A DNA stretch of 64,000 bases from Octopus sinensis (lineage: Eukaryota), in the NCBI RefSeq assembly GCF_006345805.1, contig NC_043008.1, positions 41,230,001 through 41,294,000 of the forward strand, given 5' to 3'. The position numbers and the translations under genes were made by a program. The notes under the pieces are model-generated. The model was not told where the DNA came from, made no database searches, and saw only the letters and a list, made by a program, of their open reading frames with translations. Numbering within the stretch: the stretch's first letter is position 1; every line of letters starts with the position of its first letter. This document shows positions 52,030 through 64,000 of this stretch, in pieces.

Positions 52030-53357
52030 ACTCACTCACACAAACGTATACGTGTGTGTGTGTGTGTGGAGATGGACTTTCATAAAAAGGTGGGTGCTAT
52101 AAGTTTACTCATTATTCACAGAAGAAACTGGTCAATCATTATGCTATATTAGTTTGTGAAATGAACACAGGGATGCTCCAGCATGACCGCAGCTGCATGG
52201 GTGATACGAATAAATGAATAAAGATTACAGATCACCGAATACCTGAAAAAATATTCCCTGCCGCAAAAAGTTCAGTGCAAGATGATGCACAGATATGCAA
52301 ACAAGAACACGGATGACATCGATTTTAATCACCATGCTACATATAACAGTGCAAGAAGTAAGTCACTTCAGCAGAAAACTGTTTATTATTGATCTATTTG
52401 GCTACAAACCAGGATAAATAAAAAATATATATATCTGTGCCCTGGGTCATTAAACATAATACATAGGCGAGAGATCAAATGAATAACTATGTCCACCTAA
52501 AGTTACTTGGTAAAATATAATGCTGCTATTGACACTGATGCCCTGTAATTACATATATATTACACCCTGTCACGTAGAAGGCATCATTTTAAGCCGTTGT
52601 AGAAAATATCGAAATTTGCACTTTTTTTTCTTTTTTGTTTTTGCTTGTTTAGGTGAGAGGCTGTGAAATTACCGAGATGTTGTTTCTTTTCTGACTGTAA
52701 GCAATTTTCATTTCACTTCTCTTGCCTACATTACACGTTCCATTTTTGTGAGCGAGGAAGTTGCAGAGTACAACGTTCATTTGCATTTCTTGCCGTGATA
52801 TTTATTTCATATTTCCTTCTCGATACTTCAATATCTACGCTCCGGATATCTCTGAGGGTCTTTAAAAAGTAATTGAAAAATTACGGGCCTTTGAATTCAC
52901 CGCCACTGCAATATCGGGTACTTAATCTAGATAGAGTGAGTGAGACACTTGGTACTACTTAGGGGTTATAACTTTCAATCTCATGCAGGTTTGTGTGTAT
53001 ATAGATATATCAATTTGTTATAAGGAATCAATAGTTTCTGGACGCATCAACAAGTAGAACGCCAAAAATGGGTAGAGACGATAACAGAGTTCACAGTGAG
53101 GTGAACAGCATTGAAATCAACTAGTGTTGATAGGACACTATAGGTATGAAAGTACCAAATACAATTTAAACCGTAGATACTAATGTGTTTTATTATAACA
53201 TACAATCCAATATATTCAGGTGAAATTCTAAACAGGTAAGTTTTCAAATGTGTGTGATTTTTCTGCATCATCCTTTTTGGAAACCTACCTGAATATATAT
53301 ATATATATATATATACAGAGATACAAACAAACAGACAGACTGACAGATAGACAGTCA

Positions 53358-53463
<106 letters not shown>

Positions 53464-54183
53464 TGAACAGTTTGTGCAAATTCGCTGTATAGTGAAGAGC
53501 GTCATTTCCTTTTATGATTCTGCTGAAAATTTATCCTGTTTGTTGAGCAAAAATAAATGTCTATACAATAGTGTACTTTCTAGATTTATCAACAGAAGCA
53601 CAAGCTGGAAATACAAATTTCGCAAATTATATCCCCTCTGAAGTTCAGCTAATGAAAAAGGATATTGACAAGTAACTAATACATAACTTCCTACAACAGA
53701 TTTCGTCCATTACATTCACCTAATCAATTACCGATACATAAATTATTGTACAAAGTTCTCCAGCGTAAATACTGTCCTGATTAGTATTATAGATAGATTG
53801 GTTATAAATCCAATATGGCATTCAGCTTCCCAATTTAGTGTACGTATGTTTGCGTTTTGCCTTCATTTTATTCCGGTGCAATTGACACAAAGTCATTCTG
53901 TTGCGTATAAACCATATTGCTTGAATATCTACAGAAATTTACTTGATGGATAATGGCGTTCCTATTCCGTTTGTATTTCTTACCTCGTTATTTTATTATG
54001 TCTTAGGCTCATATTCAACGAAACGACATAAATTTGTATTTAGACTAATATATACATACACACTAATAGAAATATCTTTGTGAGCGTATGAACAGACTCA
54101 CACACACATATGTTGTATACACTTAAGTAATTGTATATGTATACACTTTTGTGTATGCACACGCGTATATATCTATTTGGACG

Positions 54184-54234
<51 letters not shown>

Positions 54235-54689
54235 GTATGCATGTATACGCATGTGTGTGTGTCTGTGTGTCTGTGTGCGTGTCTGTGTGTGGGGGACATC
54301 TAAGTCTATATAGGAATTTGTGTGTTTGTAGAGCAGCAAACATTGACCTTAAATAGAAATTAACGTAGAGAGGCATTAAGGCAACAACATATAAATCAAA
54401 CGCAATTCTAAGCATTTCTTGTACTTTAAACACTACACAATTTATTGACTGAAGCATATTCACTCCGTACATACTACCTTCTACTGCGTCAATCATAAAC
54501 CAACGTTCATCTCATGGAAATATTGAAATATTTATCGAAATAGCTGGAGAATTATTACCTACTTACAGAGAAACTGTTCCATGTGGTCCTCTCACACTTC
54601 CTTTAAATTGCTGTTTCTGCATAAATCTTAATACCATCTCAAATATTCAATATTATTTCCACATACATATAGCGCTATCGTTCGGCCCT

Positions 54690-54905
54690 TATTGTTTTCT
54701 TGTTTTAGTCATTCGATTGCGGCAATGCTGGGGCAGCGGCTTGAAGAGATCCAGTTGAATGAATCGACAACGGGCTTAATTTTTTTAGCATATTACTTAA
54801 TCTACTGGGCCATTTTAAGCCGTATCGTTAAATTACATTGACATAATATAATCATCAAATATCATCGGTCGTTACGGGGGGCACGAACACAAACTGAAAG
54901 ACATA
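54690..54905 (-). mobile_element. SINE family A, strongly decayed 3' half
   Basis: CTTGTTTTAGTCATTCGATTGCGGCAATGCTGGGGCAGC matches the reverse complement of the family A 3' end. Confidence 0.6.
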
Positions 54906-54910
54906 CACAC

Positions 54911-56562
54911 GTATCAGGACTGTAGTCATAATAACGAAGCTAAAGCACGCAGAGTGACGCCGCTTGCCACAGATTGAACTCGAACACTGCTGTGCAGGTA
55001 CACAAAGGTTTAGCATAGTAGCTCACTTCTGCTGTTCACTGCAGTGCTTAGAAGGAAGGTGTGCAGAGTGTGATCGTCGCATTGACCATGACAGAGAAAG
55101 TCGTTATAGTGATACCTGCTCAGAGGCCTGCGCAAAGTTGCAGAGATGAGTGTATAAGTTGCACACAAGTGTACGAGTGATTCAGACGTTTAAAGGATGG
55201 CCGAAAAGATGCCGACATTGACGAACCTTCTGGGAGACACACAACCAGCAGAACTGAGAAATCATCGCAGATGTGCGTGCATCTACGATGGAGAATCGTC
55301 GAATCACCATCTGTGAGTTATCAAATGATGTGCAGTTTCGTTACGGTTCAGTTCAGTTCATTATTACTGAAGATTTGTGTATAAGACAAATATCTGCCAA
55401 GTTTGCGCCAAGATTGATTTCAGTGATCGGAAGTAAGATGTATAGCGTGTGACCGTCGCATTGTCCATTATAGAGAAAGTCGTACAGAGAATCTGCATCA
55501 AATTTTCCCCAGAAATTTGCGATACCTCCTCAGAAGACTACGTGAAGTTTTGAGAAAAGATTTCATAGTTCTCGACACAATTAGGCGCAGGAGTGGCTGT
55601 GTGGTAAGTAGCTTGCTAACCAACCACATGGTTCCGGGTTCAGTCCCACTGCGTGACATCTTGGGCAAGTGTCTTCTGCTATAGCCCCGGGCCGACCAAT
55701 GCCTTATGAGTGGATTTGGTAGACGGAAACTGAAAGAAGCCCGTCGTATATATGTGTATATATATGTAGGTGTGTATATGTTTGTGTGCCTGTGTTTGTC
55801 CCCCTAGCATTGCTTGACAACCGATGCTGGTGTGTTTACGTCCCCGTCACTTAGCGGTTCGGCAAAAGAGACCGATAGTATAAGTACTGGGCTTACAAAG
55901 AATAAGTCCCGGCGTCGATTTGCTCGACTAAAGGTAGTGATCCAGCATGGCCGCAGTCAAATGACTGAAACAAGTAAAAGAGTAAAAGAGTAATCAAGAT
56001 GTTGTGCAACTTCAACCGAAGTATTTTTTTTTTTTGGTTAGATGAAAACAATTTGGCACAAACTGGGCAGACATGCATCTCATACCTAAATCTTCAGTGA
56101 TAATGGACTGAACTGAACCGTAACTAATCTGCACATCCTCTCATAACTCACATATGGTGATGCTATGATTTCCACTCACAGCTCATCGGCGATGACTTTC
56201 TCCTTCTGCTAGTTGTGGGTCTCCCAGAAAGTTTCGTAATATCCACATTTTACGGTACTCTTTGAAACGTTTGAACCACTCGTACATTTGTGTGCAACTC
56301 GTACACTCCTCCCTGCAAATTTGCACAGGCCTCTGTCAGGTATCACCATGACAACTTCACGGTCATTGTCAAGGCAACGATAACACGTTACACACATTCT
56401 TTCCAAGTACAGCTGTAAACAGCGGAAGTGAGCTTGATCGTTAAACCTTAGTGCGCTTGCACAGCGGAGTCTAAGTTCAATCTGCACCAAGCGGCGTCAC
56501 TTTGCGTCGATTGACATCGTTAGTATGTCAAAAGTCCGGATACTTATTGATCAAACCACGTA
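54911..56562. mobile_element. Non-autonomous mariner relic made of two head-to-head 5' halves (54911-55423 plus; 56043-56562 minus)
   Basis: Both arms decode with frameshifts to a mariner N-terminus (QVYEWF.RFKDG...SGR.TTSRT...ENRRITI.ELSNDV...GSVQ.IITEDL....SAKF.PRL). The minus arm retains the TIR TACGTGGTTTGATCAATAAGTATCCGGACT. Confidence 0.8.
55584..55992 (+). mobile_element. SINE family A, full length, inserted inside the mariner relic
   Basis: Nearly identical to 13374-13745. Confidence 0.95.
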
Positions 56563-57798
56563 CAAGCGTGTGTGAATGTGTGTGTGTGTGTGTGTCTTTT
56601 ACGATTGTTTACGGGAAATGTTTTAAACATTCTAATAAGGCTTTCAATTCCATTATGCCGGCTGCAGTCTGATTATGCTGAATAGTGAACCAGTTTTGCG
56701 GATTTGACTGAACTGTATCATTGTAAATTCGGAGAAACATAGTAATAATAACAATTATTGGATGAAATTTATAAAAACTCAAAGCATCGCTATGCGTGTT
56801 TCCACAAATCACATGTCTCTTAAGATCAGACTGTGACCTTAAGTCCTAAGAACTTTGAAAATGCACGTGGTGATGCAATAAATTTCCTCCAAGGATTCTT
56901 ATTATCGTATGTATATATATATATACATATATACATAAACTTAAACATTTATACATACCTACATGCATACATAGCCCTAGGTCCCCAGGTCCACCAACAC
57001 CTTGTAAGTGGATTTAGTTGAGGAAGGCTGAGAGAGCAGTTAAGCTCCTTATCACACAGTCACATCATAGGTTTCAAATAAAAAAGCCTACACGTGGTAT
57101 AAATAGGGGAATTGTACACGTGGTATAAATAGGAGACAAGTTAAAAGAAGCAAAGAAAATGCACATTATGTATAAAAGTAACGATCTTTTAAAACAAAGA
57201 CAGATATATGTAGGCAAATAAATCATTTGAGGCAGAATTTAGAAGTATAATAATTATTATTATGATTCAGTGTAGAAAGTCATACCGGTTTCGACATAGC
57301 TGATCACTGACTTTCAATCAACACCGATTTCCAAACGTTGCTGGGTCAAATAGTACGTAAGTGAAAATATTGCATACAAGGGAGGTAAGCAGTTTTGAAA
57401 GGGATGCAATTACGGTAGATATGATTATTAGAATGTGAATGGTAAATGCATGATGATTAGTGGGAATATTGTTATTAGTAAGATTAGTAGTGCCCTGTAT
57501 TAAGTTGTGTGTTAATGTTAATTTGGGGTTGATATTTATTAATGAAAGTTGCATCTATTTAATTTCTGCTGCGTTGATATGTTTTAGGAACAGTGATAAA
57601 AAGGGAATATTAGGAAGTTTAGTTTAAGTTTCCTAGCACATATATTTATGTGCTTACTGACTTGTATCTGTCTATATTCTTTGTGAAGTGTTGTTCTTCG
57701 TCTGAGGGACATTCGTTTCTCGCCTACATTTGACGTGGTGAATAACTTTACTGTTTATTGTTGTTACTTCTTCGATTTCTAACCTTTAGATAGCTAAT

Positions 57799-57844
<46 letters not shown>

Positions 57845-58020
57845 AGATATATCCATTATATATATATAGCGGCTGACGTCCCCTGTTCGAATGTTATAAT
57901 GGACGCAGGTTCGTGTGTCACATAGCATTCGTCCTATATTTCTGGACTGCCATATTAGATTGGCGATAACTATTAATATATATATAATTATTAATAACTA
58001 TTCATTTATATATATATTTC

Positions 58021-58184
58021 TACGACGGGCTTTTTTCAGTTTCTGTCTACCTAATACACTCACATGCAGTTGGTCGGCCCTAGTCTATAGTTGTAGATAG
58101 TGGCTCAAGGTGCCACGCAATGACACAGAACCCGGAACTGTGGTTGGTAAGCAAGCTACTTACCACAAAGCTACTCCTGCGCCT
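58021..58184 (-). mobile_element. SINE family A, 5' half
   Basis: Reverse complement GGCGCAGGAGTAGCTTTGTGGTAAGTAGCTTGCTTACC...AAAGCCCGTCGTA. Confidence 0.88.
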
Positions 58185-58202
58185 ACATAAAATACATACA
58201 CA

Positions 58203-58275
<73 letters not shown>

Positions 58276-58779
58276 GAGAGAGAGAAAGAGAAGAGAAACA
58301 CATACATACAAGTTTGCTTGTACAAAAATCAGGTACCTTATTTCAATTTTCATAAGATTGCAAGATTTATACAACAAGCTTCCACGACACATCTCTCTGC
58401 CATTTTACATGTGGATCACGCTGAAGATAAATTCTACTTAGTAGTAAAAAAGGTAGGAAAATGAAGGCTTGTAAAAAGTATGTGAGGGCGTAACGAAGGG
58501 GAAGATGAAAATATTCGCAAATCGTTGGTGAATATCAATATGTGAAGTGGATATTACTAATGCTTAGTTTCGAAATTATAGAGGAACGCGAGTCAAAATT
58601 GAAGCAAATGCGTATCTAGATAGTATTACATAATAGTTTATCAATAATATGGGATATCAACCAGGCGTTATATATATATATATTATATATATATATATCT
58701 ATATACATAGAGAGAGAGAGTGAGAGAGAGAGGAGGGGTGAGATGCTATATATCATATATATGTTTGTGCTTGTGCGCG

Positions 58780-59062
<283 letters not shown>

Positions 59063-59955
59063 GCAAACATTATATATTATATATTCTCTCACAGATGCAA
59101 TACATATATTTAAAGTGTTGCTGCATACTTTTGTTGCATACTCTCGTATAATTTCTCCTGTATACTTACAAATCAACTTATTCTACGTAATAGGGTAATT
59201 TTCGATAACACCTACTAATATCAGTTTAATATACCCTACTCTACTAAATTCAAGTTATATTTCTTTTTGTGTTTGTGAAAATGTGTGCGTGTTATTTTTT
59301 TTTTCTCTACTTCGGCAACTCATAGTTCATCCATTTAAATTTTACCTACTTGAGTGTGTGAATTGACCATAGAAAATAGGAAATAGTTGTCTTATTTTAT
59401 CTGAAAATGTCTGTTCACGTCAGTTCAGTAACAATGGTCAGTTATAGCTAGCCTCACAATATGGGCAAATAAAATGGCCGTTATATACTCTCTGCTTTTG
59501 CAAATATCCTCTATAATTGTATACGTTTGCGGAAGTGTAATAACATAAAATTAGTTGCTTCTGTTCTACAGCTGAAATGAAGCCTGGCTTTACTAACAGC
59601 CCATTGAGGTTCATTTACGCACAGTTTCTAGAATATCACTGTGGTTATTAATATTGTATCATTATTTTAATCTTCATTTCACTAGGTTTCTATTTTAGTC
59701 GAATGTATATGCAGGAATTTTATTATTATGTTCAATCATTACTTCGAAAGGGGTTTATGTAAGTTTTACTATACAATGTAATTGTTTTGTGAATGTTTTT
59801 ATGAGCGGATGAGTTGCAACCCACCGATAGTACGTATTCAGTAAGCATTGTCGATCTTCTAAACACACGCCGGCACACATATACGTAGATGAATATGTGT
59901 ATATATGAATGCACATACATATATACATATATAGATAAATGTGTCAATCTATCTA

Positions 59956-60035
<80 letters not shown>

Positions 60036-60580
60036 TGTGTATGTGTGTATTTGTGTGTCTGCAATCCCCGAGGAAATCAGGATTTTCGTAACTACGTATA
60101 CTTCCTATATACGTTACTAACATACAAAATTGTTTTCTTTCGTCCAAATAGCATGCATTTTATTTAAATACGGAGGAAACGGAAAGGGTGAATTAAATGA
60201 GATCCCTCGTTATTATGGATCGTGATGAATACCAAGAGATAACTTTATGAATCTGTTACAATGTGAATTATTCGTCACCTAGCGGTTCGGCTGTTAAAGC
60301 CTACCGCTCGTGTATTCGATTACTGAACAAGTTGGCGCTTATTTTCATGATACAGTGCATTTCACTTTATGTTACTCCAACCAACAGAGCTTAGTGGTGA
60401 TGCAGTTCTCTTGTTATTCTTCTCATTCTTTCATTCTGTCTTTCTCTCTCTCTCTCTCTGTCTCTCTCTCTCTTTATCTATCCCTGTCACATGCAAACAC
60501 ACACAGACACACACACACACACATACATGCACACATTCAGACGTGTGCGTGCGAATTTCATATTAATGATATACTTCGAA

Positions 60581-60796
60581 GGCGGCCACCTGGCATAATT
60601 GTTAGCACGCTGGACGAAATGCTTAGCGATGTTTCGCCCGTCGCTACGTTCTGAGTTCAAATTCTACCGAAGTCGATTTTATCCTTCATCCTTTCGGGGA
60701 CGATCAACTAAGTTCCAATTAAGTACTGGGGTCGATGTAATCGACTATTCCCCTCCCCAAAATTCAGGTCGTATATCTATAATATGAAGGATTATT
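60581..60796 (+). mobile_element. tRNA-derived SINE, family C, full length
   Basis: CTGGCATAATTGTTAG (A-box-like), GAGTTCAAATTC (B box), CATCCTTTCGGGG central block; matches 43388-43600. Confidence 0.88.
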
Positions 60797-60940
60797 GATG
60801 CGCTCCTGTATCTACAATGGTTTACACAAATGTTTGTTTATGCTCATGGTTATATGGATATCACAAACACTTACATAAAGTATGTCACATGTTACATATT
60901 CATATTCTCTTACGAGTGACAGCTATATTTTTTCGTATTA

Positions 60941-61345
60941 GGCGCAGGAGTGGCTGTCTGGTAAGTAGCTTGCTTACGAACCACATGGTTCCGGGTTCAG
61001 TCCCACAGCGTGGTAACTTGGGCAAGTGTCTTCTATTATAGCCTCGGGCCGACCAAAGTCTTGTGAGTGGATTTGGTAGACGGAAACTGAAAGAGGTCCG
61101 TCGTTTATGTGTATATATGTATGTATGTGTGTGTATATGTTTTTGTGTCTGTGTTTGTCCCCGCAACATCGCTTGGCAACCGATGCTGGTGTGTTTACGT
61201 TCCCGTAACCTAGCGGTTCGGCAAAAGAGACCGATAGAATAAGTACTAGGCTTACAAAGAATAAGCCCCGGGAACGATGTGTTCGACTAAAGGGGGTGCT
61301 CCAGCATGGCTGCAGTCAAATGACTGAAACGTGTCAATAAAAGAA
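60941..61345 (+). mobile_element. SINE family A, full length
   Basis: Colinear with 13374-13745. Confidence 0.95.
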
Positions 61346-62662
61346 TATGTGAGACTGCATATCGTATATTCATTTACTGTTTATTGGTTTCACCGCGATG
61401 AAATATTAAGTAGATCTTCAAAATGGTTCAATTCAGAACATTGACAACTTAGATTAATGCATGTAAGTTAGATGCTTTTTGATACATTTTCCATTAAGTA
61501 TATGTGATATTCATAAAGTCTGATGCACTACTAAATTTTGTAAATCACTTTGATAGACAATGAGTCAACAAATGCTGACATACTATTAACCAATGACCCT
61601 GAAGCAAATATTGTTAGATGAATGTTGTAATTTTATCTTCAATTATGCTTAGCATTGTTAAAGCTGAAACCCATATTCTAACATAATCAAACATATATAT
61701 GTTTTGTCTATCGGAAAAGAGCATAACTTTCATGATGTTTTCCTTGATGAAAAAAAAACAAAGAATATTTTATGTCTGAGTAAATACAACCAAATAGTTT
61801 TCTATTTTAAACAGTGTATTCACTTACAGTGTATTCATTTACAAATTTTGGTTACAGCACGAATTTAATAGCATTTACCACTCTGCAAAAATATTTTCGT
61901 TGTGTCGACACACACTGTCAACTCTTACAAAGTATTAATTAGCACCGATGCTGTTAAATGGGTTTTTCATTTGTGCTCTGTCTTCTTGTTTACGGTTTAG
62001 TTATTTTCAACAGTGTAAGTCGCTTCATATGATGAAAAAAAAACTGCAGCATTTTCAAAAATTGGTCTATATGCCTCGAGGGGAAATTTATAAATGTACT
62101 CTTCATACATTATTCTTACATTGAACTCGAAGTTTTATGAACCTCTTCGAGAAATCCAATACTCGAAATTCAATGCATCAAGCTTGTATACATAAGCATC
62201 TGCGAAACATAAATGCATTGTCAGGATAAAATGGCTATAAACAGCTAAATACCACCATACTGTGTTAGAGTTTGTGTGCTGAAAAAAGAGGGAACAGAAG
62301 CCTTTTAATGGGATTGGTGGCAGGATCTGGCAACTTCACGATTCAGCGTAAATATGTGCAGCGTTCTACATTCAACCACAATAGGCCACAGATAATTTGT
62401 TACTGAAGTACCTACTTTGATGACCTGCTGTGACTCTGTAGATGAGGCAAAGTAGTGCGAAAAGCTAATAATATCGATCTCCAGTTGATTCTTCTACAAC
62501 AACCTTGACTTCATATGATACACCATAAATGGAATGGAAAACAAACCTGAAATTGATGAGACTCCGATTAACCGAATTCTTTCGGTATTCAACTTTCCCA
62601 AATGATTGCAGCCTTAAATCTCAGAATTGTCAGACATCGCGCACTCAGCTCTTCGGGGATGA

Positions 62663-62713
<51 letters not shown>

Positions 62714-62724
62714 TTGGCATGCCT

Positions 62725-63620
62725 GATCTCTTCTATAGGCTCTGACACTCGAGTTTTTACTGTCCAAGCTAGAACTGAGCGACATCACTTTCTAATTGAG
62801 CAGGTGAAAGGTTGTGTCTGTTTATGAGGATGATATCACAGTAATGATATCACATACCACGCAAGTCCAGGTAGAAGATTCCATTCTAAAGGAAACAAAG
62901 GGATGACAGGAGCAAATATAAATCTAAAGAAGTCGGTATGCTTGTGACTGGCCCCGGAAGAAGCAAGTCTATGACATCGAATAGCATAGCAGGTAACTGG
63001 ATAGACGGGCTGGTGAAAGTTATTGGGTCCTGTTTTATTTAGGACACTCAGGTGGACAAAAATTGAGACGAAGTTAGAAACAGGGTGGTCAGCCTCACTC
63101 TCAAAAGGGCTAAGAGAAAACTAACCCCAAAATTGCGAGCATTTCCACTTAAGAGCAATGCCACCGGTACCAGATAAACTGTAAAGGTACGGTGACACAA
63201 CCAGGCATGCATAGGACGAGGAAACCTTATTGCGCGAACTTGTGCAATATCCGAGAATTGCTGAGTTTTGCTAAATGTCGAAGAGCTGTTGTCATGTGAA
63301 AGATGAATTCGACTATCGGCCGGATCCACCGGAAATATCTCTCCACCAATCACCTTTAACAAGGCAGGGCAGGCAATGTTCCTCTGTCAAGTAGTTATGA
63401 CGAAAGGGGTTGTGTGTTGTCGAGGTTTATAGGATTGAGGTTAGACAAAGTCGTTTTCCACCAAGCACACATCAACAGTTTTGTTTAAGTTCCACTCAGA
63501 AAGGAAAGTGTAGTTGGAGAGGAAGGTCCGTCTCAGACTGAATTCCTGAAACGTTTGCAGATTGTGCAAAATTAGATTTAGGCGTATGGTCCTAGACGAA
63601 GCATATTCTTGTAGACTGGA
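62725..63620 (+). mobile_element. Old, internally deleted L1/Tx1-type ORF2 fragment related to the 21.5-27.7 kb element
   Basis: LL*ALTLEFLLSKL, VSVYEDDITVMIS, TGANINLKKSV, N*DEVRNRVVSL...RKLT, then VQYPRIAEF...VEELLS...IRLSAGSTGNISPP; colinear with YADD, TGAKINREKSV, NWNEITSRVV and VQCPAI...LSAESIVNIVTPP in the younger copy. Confidence 0.75.
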
Positions 63621-63861
63621 GAACAAGACTTAAGCGAGGTCGGTTGCCTTTCGTGGGCAGTATAATCTTGGCTGTGTTCGATTCCTTGATTTCCATAGCT
63701 GTAAATTTTCCTGTATTAGGAGAACTAATATTTGTATAGTCGGTACAGTGTTTATTTCCCTTCAACTTGTCCCCTCATATTCCATGTAATCCAGCACACA
63801 GACTGTAGTCTGTTCTCGTGATATCCTCGTTTCTTTACGAATATTTTAAGTAAAGAATTTA

Positions 63862-63863
<2 letters not shown>

Positions 63864-63900
<37 letters not shown>

Positions 63901-63990
63901 TATTATTATTATTATTATTATTGTTGTTGTTGTTGCTATTGCTGCTGCTGCTGTTATGGTTGTCGTCGCCATTTCACTCGTTGATGTTGT
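63864..63990. repeat. (ATT)n-(GTT)n-(GCT)n compound microsatellite
   Basis: Direct reading. Confidence 0.9.
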
Positions 63991-64000
63991 GGTTGATGTC

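Overview
AT-rich, microsatellite-saturated eukaryotic DNA. The SINE families and repeat landscape suggest an octopus or other coleoid cephalopod genome; this is inference and was not searched. No host protein-coding gene can be supported, so the window is intergenic or lies inside a very large intron, and most ORFs in the track are translations of (TA)n/(TG)n/(GATA)n/(AAT)n tracts. The window is a layered mobile-element graveyard. (1) An apparently full-length, frameshifted ~6.2 kb L1/Tx1-type LINE on the minus strand (~21558-27750: zinc-knuckle ORF1, APE-RT-CCHC ORF2) is bordered by (GATA)n on both sides, with an older relative at ~62.7-63.6 kb. (2) Several Penelope-like (GIY-YIG) retroelement remnants are present, including one with an inverted pseudo-LTR, and three unrelated repeat families carry minimal type I hammerhead-ribozyme motifs. 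(3) RTE and CR1-type LINE fragments. (4) At least three tRNA-derived SINE families, one showing 3' tail swapping delimited by TSDs. (5) Mariner/Tc1 relics and MITEs, including a head-to-head mariner foldback and a 164-bp, ~96% identical inverted repeat. A 54-codon Cys-rich ORF/ACGTGCA motif cluster at ~37 kb is the only unexplained non-repeat oddity.
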